Below are positions 1 through 7,464 of a stretch of DNA of 20,101 nt, piece after piece. The DNA comes from a virus. Within the stretch, counting starts at the first letter, position 1; every line of letters starts with the position of its first letter. The notes under the pieces were generated by a model that worked only from the letters and a program-made list of their open reading frames with translations, ran no database searches and was not told where the DNA came from. The position numbers and the translations under genes were made by a program. The stretch lies in UHGV virus genome UHGV-1687506; one strand, 5' to 3'.

Positions 1-440
1 CTGACTATCGGAAGTTACAGGCACTGTTTTCCCGTATAGCGGCAGAGAAGTTTCAGGAACAACAACTGGAACAACCACACCACCAGCTGGTGGCATCTTA
101 TGATTCACTGAATCGCAAATATTCTGAATTGCTGGATGAGTTTAAATCTCTCCGGCGCTATTTCTCCGTATCAGTCTCCGTGCCTTATACCGATGTCTGG
201 ACGCATAAGCCCGTTCAGTTCTACCCGGGTAAACATCCGTGCGAGAAACCGGCGGATATGCTCCGGCAAATAATCAATGCCAGTAGTCGACCTGGTGATC
301 TGGTTGCTGATTTCTTTATGGGATCCGGTTCCACAATAAAAGCAGCAATGGCGCTGGGGCGTCGGGCGTTAGGTGTTGAACTTGAGTCAGAGCGGTTTAA
401 TCAGACGGTGAAAGAGGTAAGTGAACTGGTGGGGAAATAA
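1..440 (+). CDS. DNA N6-adenine/N4-cytosine methyltransferase, C-terminal part (5' end lies outside the window)
   Basis: The reading frame is open from base 3 with no stop until 438-440, so the track ORF at 90 (GTG) is only the tail of a longer gene. The protein carries HPCEKP (like the HPxxKP motif of beta-class amino-methyltransferases) and DFFMGSGST (FxGxG SAM-binding motif). Family assignment is from memory of YhdJ-like phage methylases. Confidence 0.75.
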   Translation, partial: DYRKLQALFSRIAAEKFQEQQLEQPHHQLVASYDSLNRKYSELLDEFKSLRRYFSVSVSVPYTDVWTHKPVQFYPGKHPCEKPADMLRQIINASSRPGDLVADFFMGSGSTIKAAMALGRRALGVELESERFNQTVKEVSELVGK

Positions 441-447
441 TTCTGGT

Positions 448-473
448 GGCCACGTTGCGTGGCCTTTTTATTT
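448..473 (+). terminator. Rho-independent terminator-like hairpin between the methylase and holin genes
   Basis: GGCCACG (448-454) and CGTGGCC (458-464) form a 7-bp GC-rich stem with a 3-nt loop, followed directly by TTTTTATTT. Confidence 0.6.
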
Positions 474-516
474 CCAACACAGCACCCGCAAATATCGCGA
501 GGTGAGAGATGACGAA

Positions 517-843
517 ATGCCTCATAACCCAAATACCTGGCTGGAGTTGGTACAGAGCTGGTGGCGTGGAGACACACCACTGGGCGCAGTAATTATGTCG
601 ATCGTTATGGCTGGTTTACGTATTGCCTATTTTGGTGGCGGTGGCGGCTGGAAGCGAAAAACGCTCGAGATTTTGCTCTGTGGCGCTCTGACACTGACCT
701 TTGCATCCGCGCTTGAGTATGTCGGATGGCCTAAATCACTTTCTGTTGCTATTGGTGGTGGGGTGGGGCTGATCGGGGTCGATGCTATTCGTGGTGCGGC
801 AATGAGAGTAATCGGTAACAAGTTTGGTAGCTCGAAGGAGTAA
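517..843 (+). CDS. Class I holin, lambda S-like family (3 predicted TM segments)
   Basis: Track ORF 421..843 overlaps the methylase gene, so I trimmed the start to the in-frame ATG at 517. The product is about 108 aa with hydrophobic segments and a charged C-terminus, and its pattern resembles lambda S. It sits immediately upstream of the endolysin. GAGG lies about 15 nt upstream, so the exact start is uncertain. Confidence 0.75.
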   Translation: MPHNPNTWLELVQSWWRGDTPLGAVIMSIVMAGLRIAYFGGGGGWKRKTLEILLCGALTLTFASALEYVGWPKSLSVAIGGGVGLIGVDAIRGAAMRVIGNKFGSSKE

Positions 844-846
844 TTT

Positions 847-1323
847 ATGCAGGAACTAAATCCTCAGCGTAAAGCTTTCCTTGATATGGTGGCCTGGTCA
901 GAAGGAACGGATAACGGGCGACAACCGACACGTAACCACGGTTATGATGTTATTGTTGGTGGTGAACTGTTCACTGATTACTCCGATCACCCTCGCAAAC
1001 TTGTCACGCTAAACCCCAAACTCAAATCAACAGCCGCCGGACGTTACCAGCTTCTTTCACGCTGGTGGGATGCTTACCGTAAACAGCTTGGCCTGAAAGA
1101 TTTTTCTCCAGAAAGCCAGGACGCTGTAGCTCTGCAGCAGATTAAAGAGCGTGGCGCTTTACCGATGATTGACCGCGGCAATATTCGTCAGGCAATCGAC
1201 CGTTGCAGCAATATCTGGGCTTCACTGCCGGGCGCTGGTTATGGTCAGTTCGAGCATAAGGCTGACAGCCTGATTGCAAAATTCAAAGAAGCGGGCGGAA
1301 CGGTCAGAGAGATTGAGGTATGA
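847..1323 (+). CDS. R: Endolysin, lambda R-type lytic transglycosylase
   Basis: The 158-aa product is near-identical over its length to lambda R as I recall it ([19 protein letters not shown]...[20 protein letters not shown]). An AAGGAG ribosome-binding site lies 8 nt upstream. Confidence 0.95.
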   Translation: MQELNPQRKAFLDMVAWSEGTDNGRQPTRNHGYDVIVGGELFTDYSDHPRKLVTLNPKLKSTAAGRYQLLSRWWDAYRKQLGLKDFSPESQDAVALQQIKERGALPMIDRGNIRQAIDRCSNIWASLPGAGYGQFEHKADSLIAKFKEAGGTVREIEV

Positions 1324-1778
1324 ACAGATTAACCGCGATTATCTCCGCTCTGGTTATCTGCATCATCGTCTGTCTGTCATGGGCGGTTAATCATTACCGT
1401 GATAACGCCATTACCTACAAAGCCCAGCGCGACAAAAATGCCAGAGAACTGAAGCTGGCGAACTCGACAATTACTGACATGCAGGTGCGCCAACGTGATG
1501 TTGCTGCGCTCGATGCAAAATACACGAAGGAGTTAGCTGATGCGAAAGCTGAAAATGATGCTCTGCGTGATGATGTCCCCGCTGGTCGTCGTCGGTTGCA
1601 CATCAAAGCAGTCTGTCAGTCAGTGCGTGAAGCCACCACCGCCTCCGGCATGGATAATGCAGCCTCCCCCCGACTGGCAGACACCGCTGAACGGGATTAT
1701 TTCACCCTCCGGGAACGACTGGTAATGATGCAGGCCCAACTTGAAGGTGCTCAGCAATACATAACAGAGAGAGGCTGA
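1320..1778 (+). CDS. Rz: Rz i-spanin (inner-membrane spanin subunit)
   Basis: The start overlaps the R stop (ATGA). The N-terminal TM segment and coiled-coil region are near-identical to lambda Rz; the last ~17 residues diverge from lambda. Confidence 0.93.
   Translation: MNRLTAIISALVICIIVCLSWAVNHYRDNAITYKAQRDKNARELKLANSTITDMQVRQRDVAALDAKYTKELADAKAENDALRDDVPAGRRRLHIKAVCQSVREATTASGMDNAASPRLADTAERDYFTLRERLVMMQAQLEGAQQYITERG
1540..1725 (+). CDS. Rz1: Rz1 o-spanin (outer-membrane lipoprotein), embedded in the +1 frame of Rz
   Basis: The 61-aa product has a signal peptide and LVVVGC lipobox followed by a proline-rich mature part, near-identical to lambda Rz1. The gene lies wholly inside Rz in a different frame. 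Confidence 0.9.
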   Translation: MRKLKMMLCVMMSPLVVVGCTSKQSVSQCVKPPPPPAWIMQPPPDWQTPLNGIISPSGNDW

Positions 1779-1783
1779 TCACT

Positions 1784-1836
1784 ATGCAAAAACAACTGGA
1801 AGGAACCCAGAAGTATATTAATGAGCAGTGCAGATA
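1784..1836 (+). pseudogene. Orphan duplicate of a lambda-type Rz 3' end (17 codons)
   Basis: ATG at about 1784 to TAG at about 1836 encodes MQKQLEGTQKYINEQCR, which matches the C-terminus of lambda Rz as I recall it. It follows the intact Rz, whose own end is the diverged version [16 protein letters not shown]. Confidence 0.65.
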
Positions 1837-1868
1837 GAGCTGCCCATATCGATGGGCAACTCATGCAA

Positions 1869-2162
1869 TTATTGTGAGCAATACACCCGCGCTTCCAGCG
1901 GAGTATAAATGCCTAAGGTAATAAAACCGAGCAATCCATTTACGAATGTTTGCTGGGTTTCTGTTTTAACAACATTTTCTGCGCCGCCACAAATTTTGGC
2001 TGCATCAACAGTTTTCTCCTGTCCAATTCCCGAAACGAAGAAATGATGGGTGATGGTTTCCTTTGGTGTTACTGCTGTCGGTTTGTTTCCAACAGTAAAC
2101 GTCTGTTGAGCACATCCTGTAATAAGCATTGCCAGAGCGGCAGAAAACAACATTTTTTTCAT
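1869..2162 (-). CDS. bor: Bor outer-membrane lipoprotein (serum-resistance moron)
   Basis: Track ORF 1869..2210 trimmed to the MKKM start. The 97-aa product has a LITGC lipobox and is near-identical to lambda Bor. It is convergent with Rz, as in lambda, and AGGA precedes the ATG. Confidence 0.9.
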   Translation of the reverse strand: MKKMLFSAALAMLITGCAQQTFTVGNKPTAVTPKETITHHFFVSGIGQEKTVDAAKICGGAENVVKTETQQTFVNGLLGFITLGIYTPLEARVYCSQ

Positions 2163-2280
2163 CTTATTATCCTGCATTGTTAAAAACGGCAGAATCCTAT
2201 GTGACAACAATTAAACGATAGTTAAATGGATTGATGAAAATTAAAACTATATAGGTGGATGCTCAGCCTATTGGAGGTAG

Positions 2281-2529
2281 TCAGGATTTGAATGTCAGTC
2301 TGTTGTCGGCATTCTGGCAATGCAATTTGGATAAAGTGGGGATTAAAAAGATAGAGGCGAGCCGGTCAGGTAGAAATGAATCAGGCTCAAAGTGAAGCGG
2401 AAAAGGTCTGTGGCACAAACTGATGCTGCCATAATTACAGCCTGATGACTTGTGGAATGAAACATGTTGAACCTCCTTAATTGATGTGATTCGAGTGAGG
2501 AAGGCATTCTGTCCCTCTATAGTGTCCAT
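2281..2529 (-). CDS. Hypothetical 82-aa ORF in the AT-rich spacer (doubtful)
   Basis: It is the only ORF of 60 aa or more in the bor-HNH spacer. Its composition (F/L/S/H/C-rich) looks like AT-rich non-coding translation and I recognise no family. Confidence 0.2.
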   Translation of the reverse strand: MDTIEGQNAFLTRITSIKEVQHVSFHKSSGCNYGSISLCHRPFPLHFEPDSFLPDRLASIFLIPTLSKLHCQNADNRLTFKS

Positions 2530-2546
2530 TAAATCAAACGGGAAAT

Positions 2547-2566
2547 TTGTCTCATGCGTGAGACAA
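2547..2566. repeat. Perfect palindrome TTGTCTCA-TGCG-TGAGACAA
   Basis: Two 8-bp arms are exact reverse complements around a 4-bp centre. No U-tract follows on either strand, so it looks more like a protein-binding site than an intrinsic terminator. Confidence 0.45.
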
Positions 2567-2686
2567 GTCTCTCCATTAGTGAGTTGTATTGATTGCGACT
2601 CTTCAAAGAATCCATTACTGCGTTGATGAAAAAGGTTTACTACGAATGAAGGCTGCTATTTCGCTGGTTTCTTCATTGGAGTACAT

Positions 2687-3037
2687 ATGCCCCCACGAAC
2701 CCCAAAAGCCTGCCGTGTTCGCGGCTGCCGCTCTACAACCACGGACCCTTCAGGCTACTGCGAAAGCCACAAAAGCGAAGGCTGGAAGCAATACAAACCT
2801 GGACAATCCCGTCATCAGCGCGGCTACGGTTCGAAGTGGGACAGTATCCGCGCGCGTGTCCTGAAGCGTGACAAAGGCCTGTGCCAGTTGTGCCTGCGTG
2901 CCGGTGTGGTGCGTGAGGCGAAAACCGTTGACCACATTATCCCTAAAGCGCATGGCGGCACTGATGCTGACTGCAATCTGCAGAGTTTGTGCTGGCCGTG
3001 TCATAAGGCGAAGACGGCCCGTGAACGGCTTAAGTGA
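2687..3037 (+). CDS. HNH endonuclease (terminase-associated type)
   Basis: The 116-aa product has two Cys pairs (CxxC...CxxC) flanking DHIIPKAHGG and ...N...CWPCH, the HNH/zinc-finger signature. It sits immediately upstream of the small terminase gene, as in HK97. Confidence 0.85.
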   Translation: MPPRTPKACRVRGCRSTTTDPSGYCESHKSEGWKQYKPGQSRHQRGYGSKWDSIRARVLKRDKGLCQLCLRAGVVREAKTVDHIIPKAHGGTDADCNLQSLCWPCHKAKTARERLK

Positions 3038-3063
3038 TAATAATTCTCAACTGTTTGAGGGTA

Positions 3064-3123
3064 GGGGCGGGTCCAATCCCTGTGACCTGACGTCTTCCGG
3101 ACTGCCCGCCCCATCGTTTTTTT
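3064..3123. other. Candidate cos region: GC-rich inverted repeats plus a T7 tract between the HNH and small terminase genes
   Basis: GGGGCGGG (3064-3071) and CCCGCCCC (3105-3112) are perfect inverted repeats 33 bp apart, with TCC/GGA extending the arms, an internal GACGTC palindrome and then TTTTTTT (3117-3123). The position matches where cos lies in HK97-like genomes. The cut site cannot be determined from sequence. Confidence 0.35.
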
Positions 3124-3162
3124 ATACCCGCGAAAAATGAAATTTAACCAGGAGTGCCGCAT

Positions 3163-3657
3163 ATGGCTGGAACGGCGGGGCGTTCCGGGCGTCGCCCCAA
3201 GCCAACGGCGCGCAAGGCGCTGGCCGGAAACCCCGGCAAGCGAGCCCTGAATAAAGATGAACCTGTTTTTACGCCCATCAAAGGTGTTGAGCCACCTGAG
3301 TGGTTCGCAGAAGAAAATCTCCCTCTCGCCACGATCATGTGGCAACTGACAACCAAAGAACTCTGCGGTCAGGGCCTGTTGTGCGTGACTGACCTCGCGG
3401 TGCTTGAGCGGTGGTGCGTGGCCTATGAGTTCTGGCGACGTGCCGTGAAAAATATTGCCATACAGGGCAACACCATCACCGGTGCAATGGGCGGCAGGGT
3501 CAAAAATCCGGAGCTGACCGCCAAAAAAGAACAGGAGTCCGAGATGAGCAGCACGGGGGCAATGCTCGGACTCGACCCCAGCAGCCGCCAGCGTCTGATT
3601 GGCCTGGCGGGGCAGAAGAAAGCCACTAACCCGTTTCTGAAAATCATCGAGTCATGA
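3163..3657 (+). CDS. Terminase small subunit (P27 / HK97 gp1-like)
   Basis: Track ORF 3154..3657 trimmed to the ATG at 3163, which has AGGAG 8 nt upstream. The basic N-terminus (GRSGRRPKP...GNPGKR) is typical of P27-family small terminases. The stop overlaps the large terminase start. Confidence 0.85.
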   Translation: MAGTAGRSGRRPKPTARKALAGNPGKRALNKDEPVFTPIKGVEPPEWFAEENLPLATIMWQLTTKELCGQGLLCVTDLAVLERWCVAYEFWRRAVKNIAIQGNTITGAMGGRVKNPELTAKKEQESEMSSTGAMLGLDPSSRQRLIGLAGQKKATNPFLKIIES

Positions 3658-5387
3658 GCCGGAAATCTCACCCCAACGTAAATGCTGCCAATCAGTATGC
3701 CCGTGATGTTGTGCGCGGAAAGATTGTGGCCTGCCAGTTTGTGATTCAGGCCTGCCAGCGCCATCTTGATGACCTGATGGCGGAAAAAAGTAAGTCGTTT
3801 CGTTACCGCTTCGACAAGGACCTGGCTGAACGGGCCGCCAAATTTATTCAGCTGTTGCCGCATACCAAGGGTGAGTGGGCATTCAAACGGATGCCCATCA
3901 CGCTGGAGCCGTGGCAGCTCTTTGTGATCTGCTGTGCGTTTGGCTGGGTCAATAAAGGTACCCGGCTGCGCCGCTTCCGGGAGGTGTATACCGAAATCCC
4001 CCGTAAGAACGGCAAATCGGCAATCTCTGCCGGTGTCGCCCTGTATTGTTTTGCCTGTGATAACGAGTTTGGCGCGGAAGTGTATTCCGGTGCCACGACA
4101 GAGAAACAGGCGTGGGAAGTCTTTCGCCCGGCGCGACTGATGTGTAAACGCACACCCATGCTGACGGAAGCGTTCGGGATTGAGGTTAACGCCTCAAACA
4201 TGAACCGTCCGGAGGATGGTGCGCGGTTTGAACCGCTGATCGGTAACCCCGGTGATGGTTCATCACCCCACTGTGCCGTGGTGGATGAATATCACGAGCA
4301 CGCCACAGATGCGCTTTACACCACGATGCTTACCGGGATGGGGGCGCGACGTCAGCCACTGATGTGGGCTATCACTACCGCCGGGTACAACATTGAGGGG
4401 CCGTGCTACGACAAACGGCGGGAAGTCATCGAGATGCTCAACGGCTCGGTGCCTAACGATGAACTGTTCGGGATCATCTATACCGTTGATGAAGGTGACG
4501 ACTGGACCGACCCGCAGGTGTTGGAAAAAGCCAATCCAAATATTGGCGTGTCGGTTTATCGCGAATTTTTGTTAAGTCAGCAGCAGCGTGCGAAAAATAA
4601 CGCCCGTCTGGCAAACGTCTTTAAAACAAAACACCTCAATATCTGGGTGTCGGCGCGTTCGGCGTATTTCAACCTGGTGAGCTGGCAGAGCTGCGAGGAT
4701 AAATCACTGACCCTTGAGCAGTTCGAGGGGCAGCCGTGCATTCTGGCCTTTGACCTGGCGCGTAAGCTGGATATGAACAGCATGGCGCGACTTTATACCC
4801 GCGAGATTGACGGTAAAACGCATTACTACAGTGTGGCCCCGCGTTTCTGGGTACCGTATGACACGGTGTACAGCGTCGAGAAAAATGAAGATCGACGGAC
4901 AGCCGAACGCTTTCAGAAATGGGTGGAAATGGGCGTTCTGACCGTTACCGATGGTGCGGAGGTGGATTATCGCTACATCCTCGAGGAGGCCAAAGCGGCG
5001 AACAAAATCAGCCCGGTCAGTGAGTCACCCATCGACCCCTTCGGGGCGACCGGGTTGTCACATGATCTTGCTGATGAAGACCTGAACCCCATCACTATCA
5101 TTCAGAACTACACCAACATGTCCGACCCGATGAAAGAGCTGGAAGCGGCAATTGAATCGGGGCGCTTTCATCATGATGGCAATCCCATCATGACCTGGTG
5201 TATCGGCAACGTGGTCGGCAAAACCATTCCGGGTAACGATGATGTGGTGAAGCCCGTCAAAGAGCAGGCGGAAAACAAAATCGATGGTGCAGTTGCGCTG
5301 ATTATGGCGGTTGGCAGAGCCATGCTGTACGAGAAAGAAGACACGCTGTCTGACCACATTGAGTCCTATGGGATCCGCTCGCTTTAA
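3654..5387 (+). CDS. Terminase large subunit (HK97 gp2-like ATPase/nuclease)
   Basis: The 577-aa product has a Walker A-like P-loop (PRKNGKS), a Walker B-like acidic hydrophobic stretch (AVVDEYHE) and a C-terminal nuclease-like region. The ATGA overlap with the small terminase gene indicates translational coupling. Confidence 0.93.
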
Positions 5388-5398
5388 CTGAGGTAATT

Positions 5399-5581
5399 AT
5401 GATCATGCTGATTCTCGCGCCTCTGGTGGGCGTGCTGGGGGCGCTTTTGCTGGCGTATGGTGCCTGGCTGATTTATCCCCCGGCGGGGTTTGTTGTTGCC
5501 GGGGCGTTGTGCCTGTTCTGGTCGTGGCTGGTGGCGCGATATCTCGACCGTACACAGTCGTCTGTCGGCGGAGGTAAATAG
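5399..5581 (+). CDS. Small hydrophobic protein (60 aa, about two predicted TM helices), function unknown
   Basis: [49 protein letters not shown] is strongly hydrophobic. The ORF fills the gap between the large terminase and portal genes on the same strand, and its stop overlaps the portal GTG. Confidence 0.5.
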
Positions 5582-6822
5582 TGTTCTTTTCGGGATTATT
5601 TCAAAGAAAAAGTGACGCACCGGTGACCACGCCAGCAGAGCTGGCGGATGCTATCGGGTTGTCCTACGACACCTATACCGGAAAGCAGATCAGCAGCCAG
5701 CGGGCCATGCGACTGACGGCGGTTTTTTCCTGTGTCAGGGTGCTGGCGGAGTCGGTCGGGATGTTGCCCTGCAACCTGTATCACCTGAACGGCAGCCTGA
5801 AGCAGAGAGCCACTGGCGAACGTCTGCATAAGCTGATCTCCACGCATCCCAATGGCTATATGACGCCGCAGGAGTTCTGGGAGCTGGTGGTCACCTGTCT
5901 GTGCCTGCGGGGAAACTTTTACGCCTACAAAGTGAAAGCATTTGGCGAAGTGGCTGAACTGCTGCCCGTCGATCCCGGCTGTGTGGTACCGAAGCTTAAC
6001 AGTAGCTGGGAGCCGGTCTATCAGGTCACATTCCCGGATGGCTCCACGGATGTACTGAGCCAGGAGGATATCTGGCATGTGCGCACGCTGACGCTGGACG
6101 GACTGGTGGGGCTGAATCCCATCGCCTATGCCCGCGAGGCAATATCGCTGGCGGCAGCGACCGAAGAGCACGGGGCCAGACTGTTCAGCAATGGCGCGGT
6201 GACGTCGGGTGTGTTGCGTACAGAGCAGACGCTGTCAGATCAGGCTTATGAGCGCCTGAAGAAAGATTTTGAGGAGCGTCACACCGGGCTTGGCAATGCT
6301 CACCGCCCGATGATCCTTGAGATGGGGCTGGACTGGAAGTCGATGGCGCTGAACGCCGAGGACAGCCAGTTCCTGGAAACCCGCAAGTTTCAGCTTGAAG
6401 AAATCTGTCGTCTGTTCCGGGTGCCGTTGCACATGGTGCAGAACACCGATCGCGCCACCTTCAACAATATCGAAGAGCTGGGGCTGGGATTTATCAACTA
6501 TTCACTGGTGCCGTATCTGACCCGCATCGAACAGCGGATCAACACCGGACTGGTACGAAAAAGTAAGCAGGGCGTTTATTACGCCAAATTTAACGCCGGG
6601 GCGTTACTGCGCGGGGATATGAAGTCCCGTTTTGAAGCCTACGCCACCGGGATCAACTGGGGAATTTACTCTCCCAATGACTGCCGCGACCTGGAAGATA
6701 TGAATCCGCGTCCCGGTGGTGATGTCTATCTCACACCGATGAACATGACCACGAAACCCTCCGATGGCAGTAAAGCCGGTAAGCAGAAGGATAACGCCAA
6801 TGCAGACGAAACAACGTCTTGA
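5581..6822 (+). CDS. Portal protein (HK97 family)
   Basis: The 413-aa product sits between terminase and prohead protease and resembles HK97-family portals. GGAGG lies 6 nt upstream of the GTG at 5581; the start is not certain. Confidence 0.88.
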   Translation: MFFSGLFQRKSDAPVTTPAELADAIGLSYDTYTGKQISSQRAMRLTAVFSCVRVLAESVGMLPCNLYHLNGSLKQRATGERLHKLISTHPNGYMTPQEFWELVVTCLCLRGNFYAYKVKAFGEVAELLPVDPGCVVPKLNSSWEPVYQVTFPDGSTDVLSQEDIWHVRTLTLDGLVGLNPIAYAREAISLAAATEEHGARLFSNGAVTSGVLRTEQTLSDQAYERLKKDFEERHTGLGNAHRPMILEMGLDWKSMALNAEDSQFLETRKFQLEEICRLFRVPLHMVQNTDRATFNNIEELGLGFINYSLVPYLTRIEQRINTGLVRKSKQGVYYAKFNAGALLRGDMKSRFEAYATGINWGIYSPNDCRDLEDMNPRPGGDVYLTPMNMTTKPSDGSKAGKQKDNANADETTS

Positions 6823-7450
6823 TGTACCGCTGAGTCTGAAATCTGTCAGTGACTCCGGTGAGTTTGAAGGGTATGGCTCCGTCTTTGGTGTAAAGGACAG
6901 CCACGATGATGTGGTGATGTCCGGGGCATTTGCTGCTTCCCTGCGGGCGTGGAGTGACAGAAAAGCGTTACCTGCGCTGCTCTGGCAGCACCGCATGGAT
7001 GAACCCATCGGTGTTTACACCGAAATGAAGGAAGACGATGTCGGGCTTTACGTCAGGGGACGGTTGCTTATTGATGATGATCCCCTCGCAAAACGCGCAC
7101 ATGCACACATGAAGGCCGGTTCGTTAACCGGCCTTTCTATTGGGTACGTCCTGAAAGACTGGGAATACGACCGGAGCAAAGAAGCCTTTCTGCTGAAAGA
7201 AATCGACCTCTGGGAAGTCAGCCTGGTGACGTTCCCGTCTAACGACGAGGCGCGGATCAGCGACGTCAAGAACGCACTGGCCCGCGGGGAAATCCCCGAA
7301 CAGAAAAAAATCGAAAGAGTCCTGCGAGATGTCGGACTCTCCCGTACCCAGGCCAAAGCATTCATGGCCGGGGGCTATGGCGCACTGTCCCTGCGCGACG
7401 CTGAGGATGTGGGCTCTGCACTGAATGCACTGAAAAATCTGAACTTCTAA
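6800..7450 (+). CDS. Prohead maturation protease (HK97 gp4-like, S78/U35 family)
   Basis: Track ORF 6764..7450; I prefer the ATG at 6800, which has AAGGA 9 nt upstream, whereas 6764 has no ribosome-binding site. Position between portal and major capsid gene and HK97-protease-like sequence support the call. Confidence 0.82.
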   Translation: MQTKQRLDVPLSLKSVSDSGEFEGYGSVFGVKDSHDDVVMSGAFAASLRAWSDRKALPALLWQHRMDEPIGVYTEMKEDDVGLYVRGRLLIDDDPLAKRAHAHMKAGSLTGLSIGYVLKDWEYDRSKEAFLLKEIDLWEVSLVTFPSNDEARISDVKNALARGEIPEQKKIERVLRDVGLSRTQAKAFMAGGYGALSLRDAEDVGSALNALKNLNF

Positions 7451-7464
7451 TCAGGAGAAATACG

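Noticed and set aside
421-516. N-terminal extension of the holin ORF back to 421
   Set aside because: The extension overlaps the last codons of the methylase gene and runs through the terminator hairpin. The in-frame ATG at 517 gives a holin of about 108 aa, typical of S-like holins.
2589-2864. 91-aa plus-strand ORF overlapping the start of the HNH gene in another frame
   Set aside because: The overlapping frame carries the HNH/zinc-finger signature and a good ribosome-binding site and ATG at 2687; this ORF is the out-of-frame alternative.
3423-3863. 146-aa minus-strand ORF over the terminase small/large subunit junction
   Set aside because: It is antisense to terminase genes with clear family features; no support as a real gene.
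5596-6171. 191-aa minus-strand ORF inside the portal gene
   Set aside because: Antisense shadow ORF; the plus strand encodes the portal protein.
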